DNA of 63,791 nucleotides, counting the filler, from Salisapilia sapeloensis CBS 127946 (taxonomy: Eukaryota; Protista; Oomycota): the NCBI GenBank assembly GCA_023334545.1. It is 6 parts of 6 records of this genome, joined end to end, with 100 filler letters (N's around TTAATTAATTAA, not from the genome) between each part and the next. Parts side by side here need not be neighbours in the genome. Positions count along the whole stretch, not along the records: positions 17,794 to 42,118 come from JAADVB010000261.1; 5 more parts are not named here. One strand, 5' to 3'. Below the pieces are notes generated by a model. That model did not search any database. It was not told the DNA's origin and saw only the letters and a program-made list of their open reading frames with translations. The translations under genes were made by a program, and so were the position numbers. This document shows, piece after piece, positions 23,517 to 34,675 of this stretch. Every line of letters begins with the position of its first letter. The stretch's first letter is position 1.

Positions 23517-25988
23517 ATGTTTGGATGGCGAAAGAGAGATCAGAAGGAGGACGACGTTGTGAATGACCAAGGAGATGTGGATATAGCCAAACTCCAGCGC
23601 CAATTCGGGATCGACACTGTTAGTGATAAGGATGTCGAGAAGGAGATGCAGCAGCTCTTGGGAGCGATGGGAAATGGCGAACACAGTCCAACGGCACAGA
23701 TCTTTGAATCTCTAAATAGTGATGAGGAAGAAGCAGCTATACTACGTGAGCTACAGCTTTCCAACGATGACGATGACGTGGATACGAAAGAAGAAGAAGG
23801 TCTCAATGAGGCTTCTGTAGCTGAGCGTGTGCAAGCACTAAAGATGGAAGCGCTGGAGCTAAAGAAAAATGGAGCTGTGTCCGAGTCTTTAGCTAAATTT
23901 AAAGAAGCGAGAGAGCTGCAGGTTCAGTCGGAGAAGGAAGCATCGAGTCGACAAGATGATAATACAGATCTCGATGGTACAGATGGTGGAGAGGAGGATG
24001 TTGAATTGACAGAAGAAGATATGCAAGATCCAGAGCTTTTGTCTCAGTTGGCTAGTATGGGGTATGCCGATATGAGTGAAAAGAATCAGGAGTCGACAGT
24101 GGAAGAGCTGGAGAAACAGGTACAGGATGCAAAGGTACAAGCTGTGATGATGAAGAAAGAGAATAAGATTCAAGAGGCGTTGGAATGGCTGCGCAAGTCG
24201 AAGGAACTAGAAGCCCAATTAAAAGAGATGAAAGCAGGAGACAGTGGAAAAGATGATGAGGATCAAAAGGAAGAAGAGCCTAGTGTGTATAATACACAAT
24301 TGGCGACGCATTCACCTGCTGAAGAAGAGGATGTTCAAGTGACGGAAGACGACATGAACGATCCTGCGTATGCAGAAGAACTCAGCCGACTGGGCCTAAA
24401 GGCCGAGCCTGTACAGGATCTGGATGGTGCAGACGTTCATTCGGGTAGTCTTGGCCCATCAACATCCCAGTACGTGCCACAGCGAGTCTCGTCAGTGGAT
24501 GATAACGACCTGATAGATGCATTCGAGTCTAGTGATGAGGAGGCGGAAGATCCTGTCGAAGAAAAATCTTCTCCTGTTGTGGAAGAACCACCTCAGCCAG
24601 AAGAAGAACAGAACGATGAGGTACGAAAGCTTGAGCAGCAATTAAAAGACGCGAAGATGTCTGCTCTAGAGTTGAAACGCAGTGGCAAGACGGAGGAAGC
24701 CGTCGATATGATGCGTCGTGTAAAACAGCTCCAGCAGTTGATTCAAATGAAGCAGAATCAACCTGCACCGCCAGTTCAGAGCTCGGCTGATCGACAGAAA
24801 TTCGACGAACTGGAAAAATTGCTCGTCAAGTATGCAAATGATGCAGCGAGTCAAGCACGAGAATGTCTTCAAACAAATCGAGCGAGAGCTAGTGAGCTCG
24901 TAAATCAACGAAAGGAGTACGTATCAGCGCTTGAAACGCTTCGACAAAAGCGTCAAAACCCTCTCCAACCTCCTCCAACTTATCACATCGAACGCACAGA
25001 CGTGGAGCAGTCGGTGGAGCTCACTCACATTCGTGAGAATGAGATTCATGTTCGACTACAGTCGATTTGTGATTTTGCTAAAGTAGCAGGAAAAGATTTA
25101 TTTGTAAAGTTTTCATTAAATTTCCCATCCTCTGCGCCTCATGAAGGAGCGACGGAGGCTGTGACGATGCCTGAATCACCTCCGCATGATGTCAATTTGC
25201 CAGAACAAGTGTATCGCTTTCCATTGAATCGTACGCGTGGCATGCAGCGTGTGTTTGAGATTAAAAAGGCTTCTTTCGAAGTATGGCGACAAAAGTCTTT
25301 CTTTCGAAGCCCAGAGCTTGTGGCAAAAGGATATCAAGAGCTGCGCCCATTGCTCTCTCGTTGTGAAGTGAAAGGAAAGGTGCTATTCGTTGGTTCCAGT
25401 CGAAAACCGACGGGTGGAAGCATCGACATGGCCATCTCGATGCGAAAGCCACTACGTGATAAAGAGACAAGAATAATTCAGATAGAAAAGCTGGTTGTTG
25501 GTGACTACCCGGATCTGAAGACTCCTCATCCAAAGGAGACGCCAATACCTCCAAAAGAAACGCCATTGACTCCAATGCCAAAAGCAGCGATTTCTCCTGC
25601 TCCACCACAGAAGAAAAAGGAGGTTACAAAGAGTGAAGGACAAGATGATCCGCATGATTTAAATCTAATCGTCAGCTACGACGTTCTTACAGAGGAGCTG
25701 GAGAAAGTCTCGGCTAAGAAAGCGTCACTTCCTGCTTCCCAAGCGATGCAACTGCGAGGGCAGGTGGAAGCGCTTTCGCAGAAAAAGCAGGCACTAGAAG
25801 CGGATATGGAAGCTGGTAGACTTACATTGGAGATGTACATTGAGCGACTGGAAAAGAGGATTGAGCTAGACAAGATACTGATCAAGGAGCTCATGGATCA
25901 AGGTCGAAAGGAGGATGCTGCCAGAGTCTTGCATCGAGTGCAGGTCATGGAAAAAGAAATGCAGATGGATGAGGAAGAGGAAGAATGA
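23517..25988 (+). CDS. CC2D1/Lgd-like coiled-coil and C2 domain protein (DM14-like repeats)
   Basis: Repeats such as ALELKKNGAVSESLAKFKEAREL and ALELKRSGKTEEAVDMMRRVKQL, and a C2 region FEIKKASFEVWRQKSFFRS...GGSIDMAISMRKPL. Single exon, 823 aa. Confidence 0.8.
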   Translation: MFGWRKRDQKEDDVVNDQGDVDIAKLQRQFGIDTVSDKDVEKEMQQLLGAMGNGEHSPTAQIFESLNSDEEEAAILRELQLSNDDDDVDTKEEEGLNEASVAERVQALKMEALELKKNGAVSESLAKFKEARELQVQSEKEASSRQDDNTDLDGTDGGEEDVELTEEDMQDPELLSQLASMGYADMSEKNQESTVEELEKQVQDAKVQAVMMKKENKIQEALEWLRKSKELEAQLKEMKAGDSGKDDEDQKEEEPSVYNTQLATHSPAEEEDVQVTEDDMNDPAYAEELSRLGLKAEPVQDLDGADVHSGSLGPSTSQYVPQRVSSVDDNDLIDAFESSDEEAEDPVEEKSSPVVEEPPQPEEEQNDEVRKLEQQLKDAKMSALELKRSGKTEEAVDMMRRVKQLQQLIQMKQNQPAPPVQSSADRQKFDELEKLLVKYANDAASQARECLQTNRARASELVNQRKEYVSALETLRQKRQNPLQPPPTYHIERTDVEQSVELTHIRENEIHVRLQSICDFAKVAGKDLFVKFSLNFPSSAPHEGATEAVTMPESPPHDVNLPEQVYRFPLNRTRGMQRVFEIKKASFEVWRQKSFFRSPELVAKGYQELRPLLSRCEVKGKVLFVGSSRKPTGGSIDMAISMRKPLRDKETRIIQIEKLVVGDYPDLKTPHPKETPIPPKETPLTPMPKAAISPAPPQKKKEVTKSEGQDDPHDLNLIVSYDVLTEELEKVSAKKASLPASQAMQLRGQVEALSQKKQALEADMEAGRLTLEMYIERLEKRIELDKILIKELMDQGRKEDAARVLHRVQVMEKEMQMDEEEEE

Positions 25989-26081
25989 AATTGAGCTAGC
26001 CCTTTGACTCATTTGATCGTGAATACATGCGCTAGTAGCCTTGGAAGACCATATTATATTATTTATCGTGTTGTATCCAAA

Positions 26082-29000
26082 CTAGTCCTCGATAACTGCG
26101 TCATGATACGAACGAAGATCGTTTAGCATGCTTTGGTACTGAATTGCCTTCATCTTGAAGTTGAGATGTAATGATTGAGGTGGATAGTAAGACACTAGGG
26201 CTGTGATGGCGTCTGATGACAATTTGAGTCCAACATGTTTGAACACGAGAGCCATCTTATCCTTGAATATCACTCCATATCGCTCTGAGTCCTGGCGTGT
26301 CAAGTACTCTTCCAATATTTCCAGCTGCGATAAAAAATCGACAGAACAGAGTTGAGAATACAGAGCACGAATAATGTCTTGCTTTCGTATTTGCGGTACC
26401 TGCCGACTTTCAGTACCTGCCTTCTCTGCAGGGCTAAGTGGAAACGGCATCACCTCAGCAGCTTGATTTTCCTCAGGCTGTTTGTACTGTGCGAGTGCCT
26501 TCAAGAAGAGCCGGTAGGCAAAGTTACCATCTCGGCGAACATCAAACAAGTGTCGAAGCGCGCGACGACTTGATGCATGGAGCGAACGTCCAAGTGATTG
26601 CTCCATGAATGTCCACATCGTAGAAGTTGATATAATGCCTTCTTGTGGCAAATCGTCGTACTCCTTGATCAGTTGGCTTAGACGTGCTACTTTTGGATGG
26701 CCTGAGCAGTCTCCAGAAGCTGAAAACAATTCAACAGCAAGTCTGTTAAGCGTAAGGAAGGCGTATGGAGCTAGTACAAAGCAGTCGAACTCTGTCCTTG
26801 TGAGTGTGTTGTTTTCAAGACGCATCATACTCATCTGACGGAATATGGTTATCGCTTGCGCTTCCGATATATCGTAGTTTAAAGCTGCTAGACCACCCGC
26901 CACGTTTCCTCGTGATAATAGTCCATTGTCATTTTCATCAAAGTGTTTAAAAGCCGCATCCAATTGTTTGTAAACTGAGCTGCCTACATATATCAAAGAG
27001 CCATCAAGTTCGGCTTTTCGTCGAATACGATAGCGAATGGACTCTACCAAAGCATCTGGTACCATGTGACTTGTACTTGGAGAGATAGCAAAAACAGCTT
27101 CGTTTATCATCGAAATATAGTCGACTGCATCCTGTTCATCTGAGATTCGATATTGACGAACAAGGATACCGATAACTTGGTCTGGAGCTTTCCATTTTAT
27201 ATGCTGCAAGACATCACTTGCCGTTATAATCTCTCGAATGTCCAGTGCACTGCAGTAGCCAGTGTATGAAGGATCTTGCTCTTCGAAACGAGATCGAAGA
27301 TCAATCCCATTTCGTTCAAGATTTCCGAGAAGCTCACCAAGAAGTTCACGAACATCAGTCGATACTTGTACATCAGCAATTGGTTTAGGCACTTGCGGAT
27401 CCATATTCAAGTTTGGACTATGTGAAGGCGACTTAACTGCTGGCGGTTTAGCTGGAGTCCGCGGTTTCTGTTCTTCTACCTCATTCGTGACCGATTCGTG
27501 TTTTTCATTATTTGGATATCTCGCTCGTTCGATCTGTACGGTCAAATAAAGTCTTAAGTATGCAAACAGGTCTTCCAAATTCACCAAGCGCTCATCCACA
27601 TCATCTTCATTATCACTTTCCTTTGCAAACTTTTGGACGAGTATTCCGGTAGTATGCTTTGAAATTACCCTTACCAAGCCACATTTCTCCATCTTCTTCC
27701 ACAACTTGGAGACACGGACGTCTCTAAAGTCGTACACTTCGCAAAACTCCCGAAAGCGTCGAATGGCTTGTCGATATTCATCAAATGCAGCCTCGACAAT
27801 AAACGACAGTGCTTTACACAAACGTTCTTCATCGGCTTCGCTCCATGTACGTGTTTCTTGTTTCTTTGGTGGAGGATTACATCCCAAAACATTTTCAAGA
27901 AACAAAGTTGCATCCAAGGTTTGGTAATTTGGTTTCTTGCCATGAAGTGCAAAGACAGCACGAACCTCTTCTTCAGACAACACAATGCCAAGTGACTTTA
28001 AGCAGAGTAAAAAGTAAGGTCCTTCCATCAGATTACTCTGCTTATTCGTGTAATTGTTGAAAGCTTCCAAGAGGCGATCTGGAGGTACTCTTAGCACATC
28101 CAATTTGTGTTGAATTTCTGAAATAACTTTCGAACCATCAACTTGTGCTGATGAGTTCGCGCTACCTCTAGACGTGCCTTGAACAAATTGTTTATAGTCG
28201 AGGCGTAAGAAAGCATTGTAGCCGATTGCATCCTCGAGTCGTGGGTCATATGCGTGCAGAACGACTTGCATATCGAGGTCACTCAAAGGTAGTTGGAGCT
28301 GATCAGTACATGCAAATACAAACTGGGATCGAGAAATATAGCCTGAATTCTTTTTGTCGATGGTTTGAAACGCTTTTCGCCAGATACTTAGCACATCCGT
28401 AAGTTGTAATCCAGAAGTCTGATTTGCTTGATTCAGTGCAACTTTCCGTACTTGGTCTTCTATCTCAAATACTGTTCGACCTTGTATTGGTGTTGTCCAC
28501 TCCAGAAATTTCATGTAGTTAATCCCGAATTGTCCATCAACTTTCGCACCGAAAGCTTTTCCGAGCAATTCAATTTGCCGATTAGTGTATAAAGAGAATC
28601 CAATATGCTTTGTGGTTGTCATGAACTCCTGGAGTGAGACTATGCCACGTTCACGCCAATCAAAGCGCTCGTATGCCACTTTCATCTCTGAAAACGGAGG
28701 ACAGGCAACTCGCCGAAGATTCCAGCCAATGCGCTGGAGCATTTGCAGCGAATATTTGTTTGCTAGGTAAACATTGGCTTCTTTTTCCCATTTTAAAGCT
28801 CGTTCCAGTCGAAGTATGAAGCTTTGAATAGGCAAACTAGAAGACAGTAATCCAGGATCGAGCATTTGATAGAGTAGAGTGGAATCCTCCTTGGTGAACT
28901 GGCAAGCGGACTGCTTCAAAAGTACTTCTTTCAGCTTTTCCTGCGTAAATTGGCCGTCCTTCGTGTCGACGTACAGTAACAATTGGTCGCGCAGAGTTGA

Positions 29001-32000
29001 TACACCTACCCGAGCGCACTTGGAAAGAGCAAGCTGCAGTTTCTGGCTATGCTCCATATTTCTTAAAGTGTGCAGTACGAGGTGGTACAGGACTTCATAC
29101 CCGTTCCAATCAAACAAGACAACAAGAAGTTGCAAGTCCTTTTCTTTCCATGGTAGCTGCAATCTATGTACTGCCTCCCGCAGTTTACCAATGGATATTC
29201 GACCTTTATTCGAGAAGTCACCAACCTTTGCTAAAGTATCAATGATATGGGAGGTATCGAGTGTCACCTTTGCCAAGCATTGCAGTAAAGGCTTCAGCTT
29301 TGCGTTAAATGTTTCCTTCCCTTCCCTTACTGAAGTGCAAATGAATCGATTCAAGGCTCGGTAGGATACAGGTGCTGCTGGATCTGTGGATCGCACTGAA
29401 AAATAATTCATAAGTTTTTGAAGGAGCTCAGGGGGAAGTGCGAGTCGAGGTACTTGAGATATAGCATAGATGAAAAGCTTTCGTGATATCGGCTTGCCAA
29501 CCTCATCTTGAGGTAAGTTACTTTCAATATGTTCCAGAACTTCCATATTCAGCTCCTGTAATTCTGCTATTGACCAACCTGAAAGTAGCGTCTGCAGCTG
29601 CGTATCTGCCGCGATAATTTCAACAGACTGCATTTGACGATGGGTATTTCTCAGCTGTTGATAATGCTGACGATAGGATCTTTGTACCGTCTTCGCAGCA
29701 TCTTCGTGTAGACTAGTTGGCGCTTGTAGTTTCGACAGTCTGTGTGATAGTACATCCAGAGGGCTTTGATGCTTTTTGGTTAGACTGCATACTGGAGCAC
29801 GACTGTTTCCTTGCTGGTTATTCTGCTGACTTTGCTGCAACAACGAGTTATACACAGCACTTCTGTTATTTCTTGCTGCCAATGACTGCATTCGCTTGTG
29901 GAACTCTTGTCGGCGACGTTCAAAGTCCGCCAACGCTGCATACGCGGGGTCTATTGTACTTGGCTCTTCTCCTGATGCCTCATTGTTTGGTACATTTTTT
30001 GCGCCTACGTTTGATGCTCCATCGAACATTACGTCATCTTCAGTTCTAACCTCAGTTCCTGCTCGCTCTTTTTCATCGTCAGCTTTCAATGGTTCTTCAT
30101 CAAGCTCAACGTCCGAAGTATCCTTCATTGGATCCTCACCTCGCATTGCGGCAGCCTGTTGCTTTCTCAAATAATCTTCGTACTGCTCGTCAACATCGAG
30201 GAGAGCAAACCCTAGAGCTGTTAAACACCGCTTAAACCGTCCACGACTAACATTACCTGTGCCATCAAAATCTTGTCTTGCGAATAATTCATCTGGTGAC
30301 AAAACTCTTGCTTCCGAGTTGTCCTCCTGTAGCTCCATGAGGTATCGTCGCATGGTATGAGAAACTTTGTGGCGAAGCAGTCGGCTGGCACAACTTGCAC
30401 GTGGGTTAATATGAATATGAAGGAAGTGGACATCGAGATCACAAGAGTCGAACGGGTTCGTTTCCACAGCTTCGTTGTCCTGATGCACTTTAGTCGATTC
30501 AGTCGCAAAGTGGTGACGAAGGAGGCTGACGTCATTGTCTGATAGGAAGATGCCATACGTCTCAAAATCATGCAAAAGTTTCTCGAGAGACAGCTTCCTG
30601 CCTCTTAAAGACACCGTTTCTTCAATACCGAAAGCTTCCACAACAGTTTTTATCTGTCCACCATCAATTGCATGATCCAGTGCGTCCTTAATTTTAGCTG
30701 AAAGCAATTCCAAAGCGTCAGGAGGCAGTGCGTACAGCAGAAACTGTCGGTAGTTGATTCGACTGTCTGCAATTGCATCAAACATGGTCAATAGTGCATG
30801 TTGTTGGTCAAAGTTAAGTGTATGCATCTCTGGTTCTCGTAAACCATTAGATTTGGTAGATATATTTCCATTAGCGACCTGTAATACTTGGAAAGGATCC
30901 TTCCATTGTATTAAAACGGAAATCTCACCGGCCGGTTGGTCGTCTTCACTAGTGAGTTGAAACCAACCACGCACACTTTCACCTTGAGTGAGGTCTTTCA
31001 GATGGAGACCACAGCGGCCAATAACACTGTCACTTCCACTGCAGTCGGACGTAATTTCTGCTTTATCATCGAAAACAGTCAACCAAAGGCAGAACTTGGA
31101 AAGGAAATGGAGTAAAGTCCCATCGACTTCCACGTCGAAAAATTGCTTGCTCGTGTCCAAATCGTATTCAGGTCGCGAAGTTTCAGGGACAATGTTTGTA
31201 AAGCTATCTCGATGTCCAAGAAGCTGGTAATGGACATAGGAAGAAGGAGGTGAAGGTTTCTGCTCTTTGTAGTGTTTGGACTTCAGATGTCTACACCCAA
31301 AAACTGTGATCTGTATTTCATTCTTTGGATGAATATCCTCATCTGTTGCGAATACCTTTTCGAAATCAGCCAGAGAAGGATAGCAGTCGATGTCTTTTGA
31401 TTCAATCAGCTCGGAATCTTGAGGGTAAGACTGAACATGAATTCGCCATATCTCACTAATTGGCATTGACAGGCGCACAACTACATGCAATGATCCTAAC
31501 TTTTCTTTCTGTGCCGGTTTGGTGCTATGAATAGCCAATGCTGAGTCTTTCATGGTTCCTCGGTTCTTTAATAGACTTGCAAGTCGCAGATGTGCTTGAC
31601 CAACCAACCGAAAGTCACCTTTGATGGACTGGTGAAGCTCAAAGCTGAGTGTTTCGGAAGCGAGGTAGCGGAGGAAGAAAGAATCAACCGTTATTTTAAA
31701 TGTCGACGCGAAATTAAACTTTGGACGGGAACCAACTGCCAACGGCGTTGCTTGGGACTCAAAGTCATAAAAATCCCATAAGAGGAACGTGGAAGCATTG
31801 GCGCCTACGATTGTCGTGTCCAACGTCGCATCGATGACGTACACCTCGAGTAATTGTTCGCCGGGTGCAAGGTCTCTTGCTGCCAATACTAGAGATTCCG
31901 AGATGGACACATCGTCACCTTCGTCTTCTGACGATGAATTCTCTATCTCACCAGTCTGTTCTAACCTTTTTAATAACCGATGTCTCGCATATTTTAACTG

Positions 32001-33635
32001 GCGAATTTGCGCTTCCAGTTGCTGTATCTGTTGCTTTTGTTCATCTGCCAGCCTCTCTGCCTTTTTCGCTTTAGATAGCAAAGCATCCATCGTCGATAAC
32101 TTCTTCTGTGTCAATTCCTCGACCTCTTTACCCAATTCTCGATTAATCTCAGCCTGTGCCTCGAGCATTTGTTCGCATCTCTCTGATTCTTTCAACGCTT
32201 TTAAATGTGCTACTTGAAGCACATGAATACGATTCCGTAGGTGTCGAACATCATGATCCGCGTCATCTAAAGACTCATCTGCAGCTTGAAGAGGATCTAA
32301 GTCACTGTCATAGGTTCTCGTCATCACTGTAATTGGGATGCCAAAGCTTGATGGTGCATTGGGTTTGGTTTTTACAGGAGAGGAGGCCATGTCACGCGTT
32401 TCCTTTCCTATGGAAGGCATAGGAGGTTCCGGTTTAATGGGATCTGGATTATTTCTAGGAGTCAGTGAACCTAGCTTCCTCAGCTTGTCCAGTTCTTCTT
32501 GTAATCGCAGTCGATGTTGTTCTTCTCGCTCTAAATCTCGCTTCAGCCTTTCAATTTCGGCATCCGACGAAGCTTTCATACTTTGTAGATATTTAATGTT
32601 GTTCTCTAGATCCTGTCCTTTTGATTTTAGATTTGCATTATCTTCTTTTAAACTTGTAATAGTTTCTTGTTGCTCCTGCGTTAATACTTCTAACTTGCGT
32701 AACTTTTCAAGACGTTCCTTCCGTTGGTATGCATCGTTGATGAAAGGGCTTTCACACAGCGACTTCATATCATCCTCTAGTTTTTTGTTCTCCTTTTTCA
32801 ATGCACTGCATTCCTTTTCAACGTCCGGTAATCTTGCGATTTTTACCTGCCAGTCCTCTTTCTCTACTTCAAGATTATGCACTTGAGTCCGAAGCTTGTG
32901 TACCTGTCGATTCATCGATTCCATTTCTTCTAGTGTTTTCTCATGTATCTCTCGCTCCGCTGCAGCATTCATCTCCGTGTTTTCATATCTAGCAGTGATA
33001 ATTGATAATTGAGCTTGTCGATCACGAAGTTCTCGACGTAATTGTTCGACATTCATCTTTTTGTCATTATTCCAATCGCTGTCGTAGCAATTGTTGTTGT
33101 CACTGTCCACCGCTTCCGTACTGCTGTGTCCTTGGTTATTGTCACCTCGAAGTCTAGCATTTTCCTTTTGTAACTTGACAAGCTGTCGCTCAGCTGTGAC
33201 AAGACGTTGCTTTAGCGCTGTTTCGAGCTCTGCAACATTGACATCGTGATGTAGAGGTCGATTACCACGAGTTTGTTTCGCACCTGTATCTGGCCCCGAC
33301 CTCATGGTGGAAGAGGTACGTGTCCCTTTGGTTGTTTTACGAGACAGCTCTTCCTTCAGCTGCCGATTCCTTTCCAGCAATCGTTTATTCTTTTTCTTCA
33401 AAAAGCCATTTTCGCGCTTCAATTCGTTCACGAAAGTATCTGTAGCTTTCTCCCGAATCGGACTAGGCTTGACCGACGCATCGACTTGGTTACCATCTCT
33501 CTTCTTCATATGCTCCTCAATCATCGCGAGTTTCGTCTGCATCCGCTTGATTGTCGCATCCTGTTCATTCTTCTTCTTCTTCAATGCAATATGCTCATCA
33601 CGCAGGACGAGATACTTTTCTTCAAAGTCCGCCAT
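26082..33635 (-). CDS. RPGRIP1L: RPGRIP1L/fantom-like ciliary transition-zone protein with extended EF-hand-rich C-terminus
   Basis: N-terminus EEKYLVLRDEHIALK...IKRMQTKL, coiled coils, a C2-C2_1-type segment (WDFYDFESQATPL...PKFNFAS...FLRYL), a second C2, then many EF-hand-like loops. 2517-aa single ORF. Confidence 0.85.
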   Translation of the reverse strand: MADFEEKYLVLRDEHIALKKKKNEQDATIKRMQTKLAMIEEHMKKRDGNQVDASVKPSPIREKATDTFVNELKRENGFLKKKNKRLLERNRQLKEELSRKTTKGTRTSSTMRSGPDTGAKQTRGNRPLHHDVNVAELETALKQRLVTAERQLVKLQKENARLRGDNNQGHSSTEAVDSDNNNCYDSDWNNDKKMNVEQLRRELRDRQAQLSIITARYENTEMNAAAEREIHEKTLEEMESMNRQVHKLRTQVHNLEVEKEDWQVKIARLPDVEKECSALKKENKKLEDDMKSLCESPFINDAYQRKERLEKLRKLEVLTQEQQETITSLKEDNANLKSKGQDLENNIKYLQSMKASSDAEIERLKRDLEREEQHRLRLQEELDKLRKLGSLTPRNNPDPIKPEPPMPSIGKETRDMASSPVKTKPNAPSSFGIPITVMTRTYDSDLDPLQAADESLDDADHDVRHLRNRIHVLQVAHLKALKESERCEQMLEAQAEINRELGKEVEELTQKKLSTMDALLSKAKKAERLADEQKQQIQQLEAQIRQLKYARHRLLKRLEQTGEIENSSSEDEGDDVSISESLVLAARDLAPGEQLLEVYVIDATLDTTIVGANASTFLLWDFYDFESQATPLAVGSRPKFNFASTFKITVDSFFLRYLASETLSFELHQSIKGDFRLVGQAHLRLASLLKNRGTMKDSALAIHSTKPAQKEKLGSLHVVVRLSMPISEIWRIHVQSYPQDSELIESKDIDCYPSLADFEKVFATDEDIHPKNEIQITVFGCRHLKSKHYKEQKPSPPSSYVHYQLLGHRDSFTNIVPETSRPEYDLDTSKQFFDVEVDGTLLHFLSKFCLWLTVFDDKAEITSDCSGSDSVIGRCGLHLKDLTQGESVRGWFQLTSEDDQPAGEISVLIQWKDPFQVLQVANGNISTKSNGLREPEMHTLNFDQQHALLTMFDAIADSRINYRQFLLYALPPDALELLSAKIKDALDHAIDGGQIKTVVEAFGIEETVSLRGRKLSLEKLLHDFETYGIFLSDNDVSLLRHHFATESTKVHQDNEAVETNPFDSCDLDVHFLHIHINPRASCASRLLRHKVSHTMRRYLMELQEDNSEARVLSPDELFARQDFDGTGNVSRGRFKRCLTALGFALLDVDEQYEDYLRKQQAAAMRGEDPMKDTSDVELDEEPLKADDEKERAGTEVRTEDDVMFDGASNVGAKNVPNNEASGEEPSTIDPAYAALADFERRRQEFHKRMQSLAARNNRSAVYNSLLQQSQQNNQQGNSRAPVCSLTKKHQSPLDVLSHRLSKLQAPTSLHEDAAKTVQRSYRQHYQQLRNTHRQMQSVEIIAADTQLQTLLSGWSIAELQELNMEVLEHIESNLPQDEVGKPISRKLFIYAISQVPRLALPPELLQKLMNYFSVRSTDPAAPVSYRALNRFICTSVREGKETFNAKLKPLLQCLAKVTLDTSHIIDTLAKVGDFSNKGRISIGKLREAVHRLQLPWKEKDLQLLVVLFDWNGYEVLYHLVLHTLRNMEHSQKLQLALSKCARVGVSTLRDQLLLYVDTKDGQFTQEKLKEVLLKQSACQFTKEDSTLLYQMLDPGLLSSSLPIQSFILRLERALKWEKEANVYLANKYSLQMLQRIGWNLRRVACPPFSEMKVAYERFDWRERGIVSLQEFMTTTKHIGFSLYTNRQIELLGKAFGAKVDGQFGINYMKFLEWTTPIQGRTVFEIEDQVRKVALNQANQTSGLQLTDVLSIWRKAFQTIDKKNSGYISRSQFVFACTDQLQLPLSDLDMQVVLHAYDPRLEDAIGYNAFLRLDYKQFVQGTSRGSANSSAQVDGSKVISEIQHKLDVLRVPPDRLLEAFNNYTNKQSNLMEGPYFLLCLKSLGIVLSEEEVRAVFALHGKKPNYQTLDATLFLENVLGCNPPPKKQETRTWSEADEERLCKALSFIVEAAFDEYRQAIRRFREFCEVYDFRDVRVSKLWKKMEKCGLVRVISKHTTGILVQKFAKESDNEDDVDERLVNLEDLFAYLRLYLTVQIERARYPNNEKHESVTNEVEEQKPRTPAKPPAVKSPSHSPNLNMDPQVPKPIADVQVSTDVRELLGELLGNLERNGIDLRSRFEEQDPSYTGYCSALDIREIITASDVLQHIKWKAPDQVIGILVRQYRISDEQDAVDYISMINEAVFAISPSTSHMVPDALVESIRYRIRRKAELDGSLIYVGSSVYKQLDAAFKHFDENDNGLLSRGNVAGGLAALNYDISEAQAITIFRQMSMMRLENNTLTRTEFDCFVLAPYAFLTLNRLAVELFSASGDCSGHPKVARLSQLIKEYDDLPQEGIISTSTMWTFMEQSLGRSLHASSRRALRHLFDVRRDGNFAYRLFLKALAQYKQPEENQAAEVMPFPLSPAEKAGTESRQVPQIRKQDIIRALYSQLCSVDFLSQLEILEEYLTRQDSERYGVIFKDKMALVFKHVGLKLSSDAITALVSYYPPQSLHLNFKMKAIQYQSMLNDLRSYHDAVIED

Positions 33636-33850
33636 CCCGCGAGCCGTCCTCCGCGACGCTTGATGGCAAACCGTCTGGCGATCATGTAGCCATGTAGTGG
33701 CATTTAGTGATTTTGGAGCGCTGCCAACCGATTCGAGTGCACGTACTCATTCGTCTGGAAAGCTACGGTGCACGAGTACTTAGGAGACGTATTTTTCAGT
33801 TCCGACGCAGTGTCGACATCGAGATCAGTTACCAGTCCAAGGATTTCAAT

Positions 33851-34675
33851 ATGAGCACGGATAGTGTGACAGAAGAGAAACCGGCCCAAGAAGTTGTGGT
33901 CGAGTCCACAGGAGACAAGCAAGCGCAAGTGGAAAACGATAGCGTAGAAACACAGACAGGTGCAGGAGAGGCCGACGATACGCCCAAGGTACATGCAATA
34001 CCATACATGCATCGCTACCAATTGTATCGAGCCAATACTTACTCTATATATATGTACGTATAGCACCCATTGCAACACAAATGGGTCCTATGGTACGATA
34101 ATCCGAAGAAGCGGAATGCGAACGAGTCGTGGGAAGAGAACCTGAAGCAAGTGTACACTTTCGACACGGTCGAAGATTTCTGGTGTCTCTACAACAACAT
34201 CCTCGCCCCGACGAAACTGTCAGTCGGCAGCAATTACCATCTCTTTAAAGATGGCGTACGTCCGATGTGGGAAGACGAGGCGAACACAAAGGGAGGCAAG
34301 TGGATCTTCACGAACCCTCGTGGTCGCCGAGCACGACTGGATGAGAGCTGGCTGCACGTCGTGTTGTCTCTCATCGGTGAGTCGTTGGAAGACGACGATG
34401 ACGTCTGTGGCGCCGTCGTCAGTGTCCGAAAGGCACAGGACCGCATTGCTATCTGGACTGCGAATGCTGAGAAGAAGGAGCTGCAATTGCAGATCGGACA
34501 GAACTTCCGTAAAGCACTCGTCGACGTTTCCAAGAACGAGACTTTGAAATTTCAGTCGCATGCGGATGCTGCTGCCAGTGGCTCGAGCTTCCAGAACGAA
34601 GTGTACGTCTCTCTCTACTATACACACCATACATGCACATAGACTAATTCCTTATATAGGTATTACGAGGCATAG
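33851..34675 (+). CDS. EIF4E: Translation initiation factor eIF4E (class I-like), 3 exons
   Basis: HPLQHKWVLWYD, SWEENL, TVEDFW, RPMWED, GGKW and IAIWT. Introns 33989-34063 and 34603-34659. Confidence 0.96.

Noticed and set aside
24960-24985. PPTY (PPxY-like) motif in CC2D1 as a trans substitute for the arrestins' missing PPxY
   Set aside because: It falls in the pre-C2 segment that is Pro-rich in this family, so a chance match is likely.
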